Below, piece after piece: positions 11,455-21,937 of a DNA stretch of 64,000 bases. The position numbers were made by a program, and so were the translations under genes. The DNA is from Gammaproteobacteria bacterium (GTDB taxonomy: Bacteria; Pseudomonadota; Gammaproteobacteria; UBA4575), in the NCBI GenBank assembly GCA_965222615.1, contig CBDCUI010000009.1, positions 864,001 to 928,000 of the forward strand, read 5' to 3'. Under the pieces are notes generated by a model. The model did not search any database. It saw only the letters and a list, made by a program, of their open reading frames with translations, and was not told where the DNA came from. Every line of letters starts with the position of its first letter. Positions within the stretch are counted from its first letter, which is position 1.

Positions 11455-12518
11455 GCGATGTGGCGTTGTCTATACATTAAAAATGCAATCATGGCTATAA
11501 GTCCAACATGCACAACAAATAATCCTGGGATCACAGGCAACTTGCTATCGGCCACCCAAGTTTCTGCCAAAATTAATAAATTGGAATAAATTAAGTAGAT
11601 CACGATAGCCAAACCCAATTTAGCAAAACGCCCTTGGCGAGGCTTCGTCACACTTAATGGAAAAGCCAATAAAACTAGTAGCATAGCGGCAATTGGTATA
11701 GATAAGCGCCATTGAAGTTCGGCCTTATCAGCAGGGCGATTCGATACAAGTAGTTCCGAAACTGTCATAAACTCAGGATCATTTGCATCAGAATTAGAGT
11801 CAAAGCTTGGAATTCGAAAAGCATGTTGATTAAAGCTGAGAACTTTAAAACCACCCTCACCTGGCACACCTTCATAACGTTGTCCCTGGTCTAAAATTAA
11901 TGCTTCCCCACCTAGTTCAGTTAAATCTTGTTGTCGAGCAGTTCGAGCCGTCTCAATCGCAATTTTTCCTTCATTTTGGTCATAGATAAAAATATTACTA
12001 ACTGTGCCGAGTTCTTTATTCGCGTCTTCAATAAATACCACCCAGTCACCCTGCTTTGACTCAGCAAATTGACCTGGAGTTAGACTCTGCAGATTAGTTT
12101 GTCCTCGAGCTTGAGTTTTGATTGATTCAATTCCTTGTGCGGCCCACGGGGCTGAGAACAATGCCAAATATAACAATCCAATAATTACTGGCAAAATCAA
12201 CAAGCTAGCACTCTTAAACAACTTAAAAGAACTGACTCCACTTGCCTGAATCGCGTATATCTCACTATCTCGATACAAACGTCCTAAGCTCAACATGACT
12301 GTCACAAACAAAGCAAAAGGTGCTAATAAAATAGCTGAATTTAAGATTCCAAGTGTCAATATCGAAATCACTGCATCTGCTGGCAACTTACCATCCATTA
12401 CTCGTGTTAGTAGACTTACAAAAGATTTGCTTACAATAACTATAAGTAAAACAATGCTTACTGCAGCAAAAGTTAGTGCAAGTTCTCGGGAAAAATATCG
12501 GTTTAAGGTAGAAATCAC
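11451..12518 (-). CDS. lptF: LPS export permease LptF
   Basis: LGRLYRDSEI and AELQWRLS motifs; divergent from pepA. Confidence 0.93.
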   Translation of the reverse strand: MISTLNRYFSRELALTFAAVSIVLLIVIVSKSFVSLLTRVMDGKLPADAVISILTLGILNSAILLAPFALFVTVMLSLGRLYRDSEIYAIQASGVSSFKLFKSASLLILPVIIGLLYLALFSAPWAAQGIESIKTQARGQTNLQSLTPGQFAESKQGDWVVFIEDANKELGTVSNIFIYDQNEGKIAIETARTARQQDLTELGGEALILDQGQRYEGVPGEGGFKVLSFNQHAFRIPSFDSNSDANDPEFMTVSELLVSNRPADKAELQWRLSIPIAAMLLVLLAFPLSVTKPRQGRFAKLGLAIVIYLIYSNLLILAETWVADSKLPVIPGLFVVHVGLIAMIAFLMYRQRHIA

Positions 12519-12606
12519 ACAGATGTTCTTATTGATGAAGACAAAAACGTATTAGTTACAAACATCAAAATATTAGCAATAATTAGCAACAAGCAAACAC
12601 AATTAT

Positions 12607-14127
12607 ATGAGGAGTTTTATGGATTTCATTGCAAAAAGCACTACAGTCAACAAAGAAGCGGCGGCTTGTGTAATTGTAGGCATATTTAAACCAAAACGTC
12701 TAAGTGATTCTGCAAAAAAATTAGACCAGCTCTATCACGGAAATATCTCAAAAATTTGTCAGCGAGGTGCTATGGACGGCAGTCTTGGTCGTGTCATCAC
12801 TTTACATAATTCCAGTCGCAGCAAGCATGAATGTATAGTAATCGTTGGTTGTGGGGAACCTGAAAAATTCACTTTAAGTGCCATGCAACGAGCGCTGTCT
12901 GCAGCAACCACCGAGGCAAAAAAATCCAACGTCAACGATGTAATTAACTGCCTAACTGAGCTTCCCGTAAAAGACTGCGATTTATTAAACAAGGTTCAAG
13001 CAAGTGTAATCTCGATTGAAGAATCTATGTATCGCTATAGCAAAACAAAACCTAATGCAGCGAAAAATAAATCTCCATTAAGAAAAATAAAATTTTTGGC
13101 CAACAAAAATTCTAAAATTTCCGATATCCGTGAAGGGCTAGAGTATGGAAAAGCGATTGCGAATGGAATGAACTTAGCAAAAGATCTCGGTAATCTACCA
13201 GGCAATATATGTACACCAACTTATCTTGCAGAACAAGCAAAGAAGTTAAAAAAAGGTAATAGAAAACTGCGGGTAAATATTATTGAAGAATTACAAATGA
13301 AAAAATTAGGAATGGGTGCAATGTTATCTGTATCTCACGGAAGTGTCGAACCCGCTAAATTAGTTTGCCTTGAATACATGGGAGGCGAACAAAATGAACG
13401 TCCGTTTGTACTTGTAGGCAAAGGCATTACCTTTGATACTGGCGGTATTTCATTAAAGCCTGGTACCGCCATGGATGAAATGAAATTTGATATGTGTGGT
13501 GCCGCAAGTGTATTAGGAACCCTAAAAGCTTGTTGTGAATTAGAAATTCCTTTAAATATAGTTGGCGTCCTGGCCTGTGCTGAAAATATGCCGAGTGGAA
13601 AGGCTTCTAAGCCTGGAGACGTGGTAAGCACTATGTCCGGACAAACCGTTGAAATACTCAATACCGATGCCGAAGGCCGCTTAGTGCTTTGCGATGCACT
13701 TACTTATGTAGATAAATACAAACCCGAAGTCGTAATCGACATCGCAACGTTGACTGGGGCTTGTATAGTGGCGTTAGGGCATATTCCTTCAGGCTTAATG
13801 AGTAATCATGATGAGCTCGCGAGTGATTTGATTGCGGCAGGTATTTTAGCTGGAGATCGCACTTGGCAATTGCCATTGTGGCAAGAATACCAATCTCAAT
13901 TGGATAGTAACTTTGCTGATATTGCCAATATCGGAGGTAGAGGGGCCGGTACTATTACGGCTGCGTGTTTTCTATCCAGGTTTACTAAAAAGTATCGTTG
14001 GGCACATCTGGATATTGCCGGAGTTGCATGGCACAGCGCAGGCAAGCAAAAAGGTGCCACGGGCCGACCTGTGCCTTTGTTAACAGAGTATCTTTTACAT
14101 CAAGCCTATGAATTTGAAAACACATGA
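12607..14127 (+). CDS. pepA: Leucyl aminopeptidase
   Basis: GKGITFDTGG, MKFDMCGA and NTDAEGRL M17 motifs. Confidence 0.96.
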   Translation: MRSFMDFIAKSTTVNKEAAACVIVGIFKPKRLSDSAKKLDQLYHGNISKICQRGAMDGSLGRVITLHNSSRSKHECIVIVGCGEPEKFTLSAMQRALSAATTEAKKSNVNDVINCLTELPVKDCDLLNKVQASVISIEESMYRYSKTKPNAAKNKSPLRKIKFLANKNSKISDIREGLEYGKAIANGMNLAKDLGNLPGNICTPTYLAEQAKKLKKGNRKLRVNIIEELQMKKLGMGAMLSVSHGSVEPAKLVCLEYMGGEQNERPFVLVGKGITFDTGGISLKPGTAMDEMKFDMCGAASVLGTLKACCELEIPLNIVGVLACAENMPSGKASKPGDVVSTMSGQTVEILNTDAEGRLVLCDALTYVDKYKPEVVIDIATLTGACIVALGHIPSGLMSNHDELASDLIAAGILAGDRTWQLPLWQEYQSQLDSNFADIANIGGRGAGTITAACFLSRFTKKYRWAHLDIAGVAWHSAGKQKGATGRPVPLLTEYLLHQAYEFENT

Positions 14128-14549
14128 CACAGGTTGATTTTTACATTAGCAAAGAATCCGCACCACAATTTGCTTTGCGGACAATTTGCAGAATAGCTGA
14201 AAAGGCCTTTAAAGCTGGGCTTAGTGTTCACATATGGACGGACAATGAGGCCGACACACAAACACTCGATACTCTGCTATGGACTTTTCGGGACCGTAGT
14301 TTCATCCCCCATGAGATTTATGGCTCTTCGAGTCCCAGCTGTCCAATTACCATTGGTACCGATTTTGACCCACCTGAGATCGAAATGTTAATTAATTATT
14401 CTTCACAGATTCCAGAAAATATTGAGCAATTTCAAAGAATTGCAGAAATTATCGAGAACGAGACAGAATCCATTCACGCTGGTCGTGAACGCTATCGCTT
14501 TTATCGTGAGCAAGGCCATGACCCACAACACCATGAAGTATCCTCCTAA
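14124..14549 (+). CDS. holC: DNA polymerase III chi subunit
   Basis: VDFY start, LDTLLWTF..SFIPH, RERYRFYR; pepA-holC-valS synteny. Confidence 0.93.
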   Translation: MTQVDFYISKESAPQFALRTICRIAEKAFKAGLSVHIWTDNEADTQTLDTLLWTFRDRSFIPHEIYGSSSPSCPITIGTDFDPPEIEMLINYSSQIPENIEQFQRIAEIIENETESIHAGRERYRFYREQGHDPQHHEVSS

Positions 14550-14576
14550 TATTAAACTAATGAATTATGGTCAGCT

Positions 14577-14957
14577 ATGGAAGGCAATACAAAAAAAGCA
14601 CCTATACTGGATCGTCTGGTCGACACTCCGACAACGACGACACCAGTACAACCATCTACAGCGCAACTTACTCAAAACCAGACGACTCAGCCAAATGCTA
14701 CTAGCAAGAATCAGGCTACCAAACCCACCTTGACTCCTACGAATGGCAAGACCTCTACTAATAAAGAAAATTCAACCAAGCTAGAAACACTCAACACCCC
14801 AAAAAATCGGCGTACAGACAAGTCTCAATTTGAATTAGAGCTTACTCAAATCGTTAATCGCATCTTGCACCAGCATATCAGTCAAGCAAGTGAACAAATT
14901 GTTCAACAGGTATTACGTGAAGTGCGAGCACGACTTCCCGGCCAAAAAAAACGATAA
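14577..14957 (+). CDS. Hypothetical protein: short N-terminal motif, T/P/Q/N-rich linker, C-terminal amphipathic helices
   Basis: 126-aa ORF co-oriented between holC and valS; the composition is visible in the translation. Confidence 0.7.
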   Translation: MEGNTKKAPILDRLVDTPTTTTPVQPSTAQLTQNQTTQPNATSKNQATKPTLTPTNGKTSTNKENSTKLETLNTPKNRRTDKSQFELELTQIVNRILHQHISQASEQIVQQVLREVRARLPGQKKR

Positions 14958-15012
14958 AATCTCTGTAAACCACTCTTGGTTTATAATTACATAAATCTAT
15001 TATTTGCTAGCC

Positions 15013-15169
15013 TAGAGCTGATCTGAAAATAGCAGATAGTGTGCTTAGACAAGGCGCAGAGCTTTCAAATAGCGGGGGCAACATACAGTATGCATTTTCA
15101 CGCTCCACATTTGAGGAGGCTCTGTTACTCTGAATTTGTAGACTAAATATATTTTGAGATAAGGTTCTA
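15013..15169. mobile_element. MITE-like repeat, end type B, copy 2 (degenerate)
   Basis: Ends tagagctgatctgaaaat / attttgagataaggttcta resemble those of 7652-7808; internal agacaaggc is shared with copy A3. Confidence 0.6.
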
Positions 15170-15173
15170 ATAC

Positions 15174-15213
15174 TTGCAAGTACTCGCTAGATCACTGCAT
15201 CATACGCGCTCGC
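15174..15213 (+). promoter_or_regulatory. Putative original valS promoter
   Basis: TTGCAA-18 nt-CATCAT followed by GC-rich acgcgctcgc, immediately left of the IS target duplication. By eye only. Confidence 0.35.
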
Positions 15214-15216
15214 AAT

Positions 15217-16297
15217 TGTATGTGTTATCTAATTCGTTGATAGATTTTGTAGCATGGAAGCGGGAGTTTTGCCATCAATACCTTGATGGGCTCTCGCTTC
15301 ATTGTAATAAATTAAGTAGGCACTCAGTTCATCTGCAAAGTGTTTTTCTGAGGTAAAGTAAGTACTATCAATCAAATCTTCGTTCAAGGTTCTCCAAAAG
15401 CGTTCCACTTTGCCATTGGTTTGTGGACGATAAGGTCTTGTATAGCGATGTTTGATGCCCATCTCTAGTAACATGCGCTCAAAGGCATGTTTGGGTTTTT
15501 GTTTCGACTCTTTGACTCCGAACTCCGGTCCATTATCTGTCAGGACTTCTGCAAACTGAATCCCATATTGACTCGATAAATAGTTGAAACAACGCAGCGT
15601 AGCAAACATCACCGTTAGACTTTGAATATCCTCGACCACTTGCGCCCAGGCAATACGACTGTAGGCATCCACCACACACACTAAATAGCGACGCTTGGAT
15701 TCATTGGCAATCATATCCTTACTCAAGTGATGACAGTCTATATGGGCGAGCTCGCCTGCCTTTTCTCGAATAATGCGGCGTTTTTCTTCTTGCATAGCAG
15801 GCCTTAATCGGTTCACTCCATGACGTTTGAAGATCTGATAGATACATGATGGTGAGGGCGTATTCTGACCTAATTTCGCTTGTAAGATAAGATGAATCTC
15901 ATAGCGATTATTGCCTTGCGCACGCGCTTTGAGGACTTGCGCTTCGATCTGCGGACAAGTGCGTCGAGTACGCCATTTCGGCCCACGTTTGGCGGGTAAT
16001 AAAGAAACCACATTACCACTTTGACGATAGCGTGCGTAGTATTTTAAAAACGTTTGAGGACAAGTACCGTGGGCCGCATAGAAGTCTTTGACCCGGCGAT
16101 ACTGCGGGTGCTGCTTGGCTTTAACTTGTTCGTATTCAGCTATTAGATATTGATATTTCTGAATGTAGTTCTTCTTTAACGTGCTATCTCGACTGTTGAT
16201 TCGCATGATGGCTTCTCCTCCTGTTCCGAGTTGCTTAGACACTTATCTAAGATTATCGGATGAGTGATTTTCATCAACGATTTACGTAACCTATACA
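15217..16297 (-). mobile_element. IS481-family insertion sequence, 1081 bp
   Basis: TGT...ACA ends; IRs tgtatgtgttatctaattcgttga (15217-15240) and tcaacgatttacgtaacctataca (16274-16297) match 19/24; 5-bp direct repeat GCAAT at 15212-15216 and 16298-16302. Confidence 0.92.
15229..16206 (-). CDS. IS481-family DDE transposase
   Basis: HIDCH, TDNGPEF and RPQTNGKVERFWRTL motifs; start moved to the ATG at 16206, behind an AGGAGG ribosome-binding site. Confidence 0.93.
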   Translation of the reverse strand: MRINSRDSTLKKNYIQKYQYLIAEYEQVKAKQHPQYRRVKDFYAAHGTCPQTFLKYYARYRQSGNVVSLLPAKRGPKWRTRRTCPQIEAQVLKARAQGNNRYEIHLILQAKLGQNTPSPSCIYQIFKRHGVNRLRPAMQEEKRRIIREKAGELAHIDCHHLSKDMIANESKRRYLVCVVDAYSRIAWAQVVEDIQSLTVMFATLRCFNYLSSQYGIQFAEVLTDNGPEFGVKESKQKPKHAFERMLLEMGIKHRYTRPYRPQTNGKVERFWRTLNEDLIDSTYFTSEKHFADELSAYLIYYNEARAHQGIDGKTPASMLQNLSTN

Positions 16298-16341
16298 GCA
16301 ATGATCTATCTAACACTCAGCATAGGGCAAAACCTATAGTC

Positions 16342-19122
16342 ATGGATAAGACCTATCAACCCAGGGATATCGAACAAAAATGGTACCAATTCTGGAAAAG
16401 TAATAATTACTTTTCACCTCCCTGGCATAGTGATAAAGCCTACTGCATCATGATCCCACCCCCTAATGTAACGGGTACATTACATATGGGGCATGCCTTT
16501 AATAATACTCTTATGGATTGTTTAACCCGCTATCACCGCATGTGTGGGTTCAATACGCTTTGGCAGCCAGGTACTGACCATGCCGGTATCGCTACTCAAA
16601 TGGTGGTAGAACGACAACTCAATGCTGAAAATAAAACACGCCACGATTTAGGTCGAGAAAAATTTATCGATAAAGTTTGGCAATGGAAAGAACAATCTGG
16701 CAATACAATTTATGCTCAGCTTGAACGTATGGGATCATCGTTAGATTGGTCTCGTGAACGCTTCACCATGGACGAGGGCTTATCAGAAGCTGTTAAACAA
16801 GTCTTTATACGTTTATATGATGAGGGTTTAATTTATCGAGGCAAACGCTTGGTTAATTGGGATCCAAAACTACATACTGCCGTATCAGATTTAGAGGTCA
16901 TTTCTGAAGAAGAAAATGGACACATGTGGCACATGCGTTACCCGCTTGTTGATGGATCAAGGGCAGATGGAAATGGCTACGTAACCGTTGCAACCACACG
17001 ACCTGAAACGATGTTGGGAGACAGTGCAGTAGCGGTGCACCCAGATGATATACGCTATCAAGACATCATTGGTAAAACTGTCAAGCTACCGTTAACAGAC
17101 CGTGAAATTCCTGTTATAGCTGACGAATATGTGGATCCTGAATTTGGATCGGGTTGCGTCAAAATTACTCCTGCACATGACTTTAATGATTACGAGGTGG
17201 GGCAACGTCATGGTTTAGAACAAATCAATATTTTTACCATTGACGCCAAGATTAATGACAATGCTCCTGTAGCTTATCAAGAACTAGATCGATTCATTGC
17301 ACGCAAAAAAATCGTTGACGACTTAAAAAAACAAGGTCTGCTTGCTGAAGTGAAGAATCATAAACTTGTAGTGCCTCGTGGTGATCGCTCTGGTGTAATC
17401 GTCGAACCATATCTGACCGATCAGTGGTACGTAAAAATACAGCCGCTTGCAAAGCCCGCGATTAAAGCCGTAGAACAAGGCGATATTCAGTTTGTCCCAA
17501 CAAACTGGAACAAAACCTACTTTGAATGGATGCGTAACATTCAAGACTGGTGTATCAGCCGCCAACTTTGGTGGGGACATCGTATTCCTGCTTGGTACGA
17601 TGAAGATGGAAATATCTACGTTGCTGAAGATGAGGTAGCAGTGCGTGAAAAATATAAGTTAGCAAATGATATTTTACTCACACAAGATGAAGATGTGCTC
17701 GACACATGGTTTTCTTCCGCACTATGGCCCTTTTCCACTTTGGGCTGGCCGAAACAAACCAAAGAATTAAAAACCTTTTATCCAACTTCGGTATTAATCA
17801 CAGGCTTTGACATCATTTTCTTCTGGGTTGCTCGTATGATTATGATGGGTTTGAAATTTATGGGTGATGTCCCGTTTCATAAAGTCTACATTCATGGACT
17901 GGTACGCGATGCAGATGGACAAAAGATGTCTAAATCAAAAGGCAATGTGCTTGACCCAATCGATATCATCGATGGAATCAAACTGGATGCCTTGATACAG
18001 AAACGCACTACCGGTCTTATGCAGCCTGAAATGGCACCAAAAATTGAACAAGCCACACGCAAACAATATCCAAATGGTATCAAGGCCTACGGCACCGACG
18101 CACTACGATTTTCTTTTGCTGCCCAGGCCTCAACGGGTCGCGATATCAAATTTGATTTAAACCGCATCGAAGGCTATCGAAACTTTTGTAATAAATTATG
18201 GAATGCCACTCGCTTTGTATTAATGAATACCGAAGACAAAAAAATTGCACATTCAATTGATAATGAAAAACTTACCTTGGCAGACCGCTGGATTTTAACT
18301 AAACAACAAGAAGTCATCGATTTAACACACAAACATTTAGAAAATTACCGTTTTGATCTTGCCGCACAAGCCCTATATGACTTCTCCTGGCATGAATTTT
18401 GTGATTGGTACGTAGAGCTGTGCAAACCCACTTTATTTAAAGATGATGTTGATGAAAACATTAAGCAAAATTCACGCCGCGTATTACTTGAAGTACTTGA
18501 AAATTTATTAAAATTACTTCATCCAATCATTCCTTTTCTAACGGAAGAAATTTGGCAACCCATTGCCCAACAATTAAATATACCTGGTGACAGTATTTCC
18601 ATTCAGCCCTTCCCTTCGAGCAATGCTGAATATATTGATATAAAGAGTTTACAGGAGCTGGAATGGTGCAAAGAATTTATTAACGGCGTGAGAAAAATTC
18701 GTGCCGAGATGGACATTGCACCCGGTAAACCCCTTAATGTTTTATTACAAAACTGGTCAAAACAAGATCAGACCCATTTCACAAATAGTCAACAATACAT
18801 TCATGCACTAGCTAAACTCGAAAATATTCAATGGCTAAACAAGGAAACTGCTCCAGAATCTGCTACTGCGCTAGTTGGTAAAATGAAAATTCTCATTCCT
18901 TTGGCGGGGTTGATTGACAAAAAAGCAGAAAATGAACGCCTGCAAAAAGAAATAAAAAAGCTTGATATTAATTTAGAAAAAAGTCTGGCTAAATTAAATA
19001 ATCCAAATTTTGCAGGTAAGGCACCCAAAGAAGTGGTTGAAAAAGAGCGCCTTCGAGTGACTGAAATACAAAATTCATTGGCACAATTAAAAGAACAATT
19101 AGATAAAATTAGAGATTTATAA
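16342..19122 (+). CDS. valS: Valine--tRNA ligase
   Basis: [13 protein letters not shown] and KMSKS motifs. Start set at MDKTYQP, because the longer ORF-track start lies inside the IS end. Confidence 0.97.
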   Translation: MDKTYQPRDIEQKWYQFWKSNNYFSPPWHSDKAYCIMIPPPNVTGTLHMGHAFNNTLMDCLTRYHRMCGFNTLWQPGTDHAGIATQMVVERQLNAENKTRHDLGREKFIDKVWQWKEQSGNTIYAQLERMGSSLDWSRERFTMDEGLSEAVKQVFIRLYDEGLIYRGKRLVNWDPKLHTAVSDLEVISEEENGHMWHMRYPLVDGSRADGNGYVTVATTRPETMLGDSAVAVHPDDIRYQDIIGKTVKLPLTDREIPVIADEYVDPEFGSGCVKITPAHDFNDYEVGQRHGLEQINIFTIDAKINDNAPVAYQELDRFIARKKIVDDLKKQGLLAEVKNHKLVVPRGDRSGVIVEPYLTDQWYVKIQPLAKPAIKAVEQGDIQFVPTNWNKTYFEWMRNIQDWCISRQLWWGHRIPAWYDEDGNIYVAEDEVAVREKYKLANDILLTQDEDVLDTWFSSALWPFSTLGWPKQTKELKTFYPTSVLITGFDIIFFWVARMIMMGLKFMGDVPFHKVYIHGLVRDADGQKMSKSKGNVLDPIDIIDGIKLDALIQKRTTGLMQPEMAPKIEQATRKQYPNGIKAYGTDALRFSFAAQASTGRDIKFDLNRIEGYRNFCNKLWNATRFVLMNTEDKKIAHSIDNEKLTLADRWILTKQQEVIDLTHKHLENYRFDLAAQALYDFSWHEFCDWYVELCKPTLFKDDVDENIKQNSRRVLLEVLENLLKLLHPIIPFLTEEIWQPIAQQLNIPGDSISIQPFPSSNAEYIDIKSLQELEWCKEFINGVRKIRAEMDIAPGKPLNVLLQNWSKQDQTHFTNSQQYIHALAKLENIQWLNKETAPESATALVGKMKILIPLAGLIDKKAENERLQKEIKKLDINLEKSLAKLNNPNFAGKAPKEVVEKERLRVTEIQNSLAQLKEQLDKIRDL

Positions 19123-19148
19123 ATAGATGCCTTATTCTATAAAAAACG

Positions 19149-20150
19149 TTAACTTCCTACTAAGTATCTACTATTTCTACCGACGACTGTTTTAACCGCA
19201 TAAATTATAGCCACACAAATTAAAAGTATAGTTGCCGAAAAAATAATATAAGTAAGTAAATTTCCGTTAGGCAATTCTCCAAAAAAATGTTGGTATGAAA
19301 GCTTACTTGCCGTTATACAATATGCATGGATAAAGTAAATCCCAAAGCTCGTATCTGCAATATAACTTACAAAGCGCGAAGTCAGCTTCTCATTGTATTT
19401 TAGGAGGGTTCCAAGTAGTAACAATGACAAAAATATTTTTTGCAAACTATTAAAAAACGTCATTGTATGTTCCATATAATAATATTCCAAAAAGCCTAAT
19501 AGCAAAACCAAAAAAGCAAATATTATTAAATATACATTTTTCTTAACGATAGGATTTATAATCTCTTTATAGTGACTGCAAAACATCCCTAATAAATAAT
19601 AAGAGAAAAAGTGAACAAAATTTTGAGGCGGATTCCCTTGCCACCCTCTATGTACTAAGCAAGTTAAAATAATAAATATTGGCAATAAGTAATATATTCT
19701 CCCGTCCTTATCTGCCTTTATTAATATAGGCGCTAAAATATAGATTATTGCGATCATTGGAATAAACCACAATGGCCCTAGATGCGTCCCTGTTAAGAAA
19801 AAATATACTATTTGAACGCCAATAGGCTTATCGTACAAACCCTCCCAGACATTATTTTGTTGTAGAAAAAATACAAATATAAATATTGCAGGAATAGATA
19901 CGATTACATAGGGAGCTATTACATTTTTAAGTTTAGATGAATAGTATTTTCTTGTTTCATATTTTTTTGACAAATGCTGAAATAAATATCCTGCAATGAA
20001 AACGAATAATGTGCTTCCATTCTGTATAAATATGCGGAGGATTTTTACTAACTCAGGTGTGCCAGACCAGACAAACACCCCAATGACGTGCGAAGCAACT
20101 ATGAAAATTATGGCAATCGCCCTGAAATAATGAATGTAATTCAAATACAT
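19149..20150 (-). CDS. Acyltransferase-3 (OafA-like) membrane acyltransferase
   Basis: FRAIAIIFIVASH, FVFIAGY, LWFI and SFGIYFIH motifs; multiple TM segments; visibly AT-rich. Confidence 0.85.
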   Translation of the reverse strand: MYLNYIHYFRAIAIIFIVASHVIGVFVWSGTPELVKILRIFIQNGSTLFVFIAGYLFQHLSKKYETRKYYSSKLKNVIAPYVIVSIPAIFIFVFFLQQNNVWEGLYDKPIGVQIVYFFLTGTHLGPLWFIPMIAIIYILAPILIKADKDGRIYYLLPIFIILTCLVHRGWQGNPPQNFVHFFSYYLLGMFCSHYKEIINPIVKKNVYLIIFAFLVLLLGFLEYYYMEHTMTFFNSLQKIFLSLLLLGTLLKYNEKLTSRFVSYIADTSFGIYFIHAYCITASKLSYQHFFGELPNGNLLTYIIFSATILLICVAIIYAVKTVVGRNSRYLVGS

Positions 20151-20969
20151 TTAAACCAACCTATATTTTTATACTGTTATTATTTTTTTAAGCAATTGAA
20201 AACACATCATGCTTCGTTAAATTATTAACAAGTGTAGCATGCTGACTAAAGTTTTACGCAACTTCTTCATAGTCAATTATTTAAACTTTAATTTACTAAA
20301 ATATTGAGTGGCTTATGGGTATTTTTAATTTAGTTTACAGCAACAAGATGTGGTTTAGCAGCATGTAACAATTGATCATGAACAATTGCTTTTCCCCTAT
20401 CACAAACATAAAACCACCTTATATTCATTACATATTTCACTTTTATTAACACTTACTTTTTTACGGATATATTTATAACAACTTTTTTAAGCATTTCTAC
20501 TTTAACAGTATTCTCCAGTAATACTTTAAGATTTTTCAAATAACCCAAACCATCAAGAGCATTAAATAGGGCGGCTGGCAATAATAACAACCCATGACCA
20601 ATTGGTATTAAACAATTTAGATTCGTTTTGAGAGAAAATAAAATCGATCAAATTAAATATAAAAAGCCAATGATATTTAACATTAGCTACCTTTAAAAAA
20701 ATACAACTTCAGGAATTATATAAATAATAATTCCCGCACACGAAAAATAATATATATGATTGGTGATAATTGTGCTTCTTATTAACTTTTACATTATTAC
20801 TATTGTCTTATTTATGCTTTAAGCCATCACTTATTTGATATTCATGAACACGTTATATACTGCTAATTCAAACAAGCAGTGTCAAAAAAATATCCATTTA
20901 ATAAAGTTGATTGTACTTGTATGATTTATCACATAATACTCAGCTAAACCACAAACCATATAACAAGCC

Positions 20970-21377
20970 ATGAATGTTGAAAAAATCATGAGTAAATCCA
21001 TTGTCACTGTTGAAATGGATGATACGCTAAAAACTGTTAAGGAAATTTTCGATAACACTCGTTTTCATCATCTGCTTGTGGTTGAGTCCAATAAACTTTT
21101 TGGTGTGGTTTCAGATAGAGACTTATTAAAAGCCTTAAGCCCAAAAATTGGAACTATCGCAGAAACTAGCAGTGATACTGCGACCCTTAATAAAAAGGTG
21201 CATCAAATTATGAGTAGAAAACCCATTTCTTTAGATTTAAATGCAAAAATTCATGATGTCATTAAACTTTTTAACACTAATGATATTTCTTGTATTCCAA
21301 TCGTTGATGACAACTACAAACCTGTTGGAATCATCAGTTGGCGGGATATCCTTAAAGAGCTCGAATCAAACTTCTAA
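20970..21377 (+). CDS. CBS-domain pair protein
   Basis: Two CBS repeats (HHLLVV..LFGVVSDRD; CIPIVD...VGIISWRD). Confidence 0.9.
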   Translation: MNVEKIMSKSIVTVEMDDTLKTVKEIFDNTRFHHLLVVESNKLFGVVSDRDLLKALSPKIGTIAETSSDTATLNKKVHQIMSRKPISLDLNAKIHDVIKLFNTNDISCIPIVDDNYKPVGIISWRDILKELESNF

Positions 21378-21688
21378 ATATTATTTTCATACCCACAATT
21401 CCAACAAATCTTGAATTGGCCTTCGATTTCTTCACCACAATTAGTACAGGCCCATTTACTTGGCTTAGATTTGATCGACTGAAGAAACTCATCCACGATT
21501 CTTTTTGCCGGAATATCATCTTCTTTATTTAGAATCCATAATTCCGGCCAAACCTCGGTAGGTGGAAGCTCGCCCACACCCCCTGCAAGAAATTCATTTT
21601 TAATAATCGAGGCAATCCCTTTCTCTGCAAGTAGATCTTTGAGTTGATGGATGAAAATAGGATTGGGTTCGCTGTAGACTCTTTTCAT
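21374..21688 (-). CDS. DUF2007-type protein with C-terminal zinc ribbon
   Basis: GGVGELPPTEVWPELW and WACTNCGEEIEGQFKICWNCG. Confidence 0.85.
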   Translation of the reverse strand: MKRVYSEPNPIFIHQLKDLLAEKGIASIIKNEFLAGGVGELPPTEVWPELWILNKEDDIPAKRIVDEFLQSIKSKPSKWACTNCGEEIEGQFKICWNCGYENNI

Positions 21689-21691
21689 TAA

Positions 21692-21904
21692 GGGAAGCTC
21701 TGATTTATTCTGATATGGCCAAAAAAATTAAAAACGAAAAATGTCTCAAAATGCTCATGTATTTACATATACATTTCACTTTGACTCGCACCCTCCTGGT
21801 GCTCGGCCTGCGGCTAGCAGAGCTTCCCAAATCTGCTCCCGGCAGATTTGTCTCGACATTTTTTGCCTAATATCAGTCGTTTCATTAATAAATCAGAACT
21901 TCCC
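21692..21904. mobile_element. MITE-like structured repeat, end type A, copy 2 (long form with nested module)
   Basis: Terminal repeats gggaagctctgatttatt / aataaatcagaacttccc flanked by TAA and TGA; ~70-bp insert at 21783-21852 is absent from copy 1. Confidence 0.88.
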
Positions 21905-21937
21905 TGATTATAATCCCAAACACTAAATGAGTTTTAG

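Noticed and set aside
16264-16341. N-terminal extension of ValS in the ORF track
   Set aside because: Begins inside the IS481 end; the typical start MDKTY is at 16342.
21741-21926. 61-aa ORF
   Set aside because: Lies almost wholly within MITE copy A2; not a credible gene.
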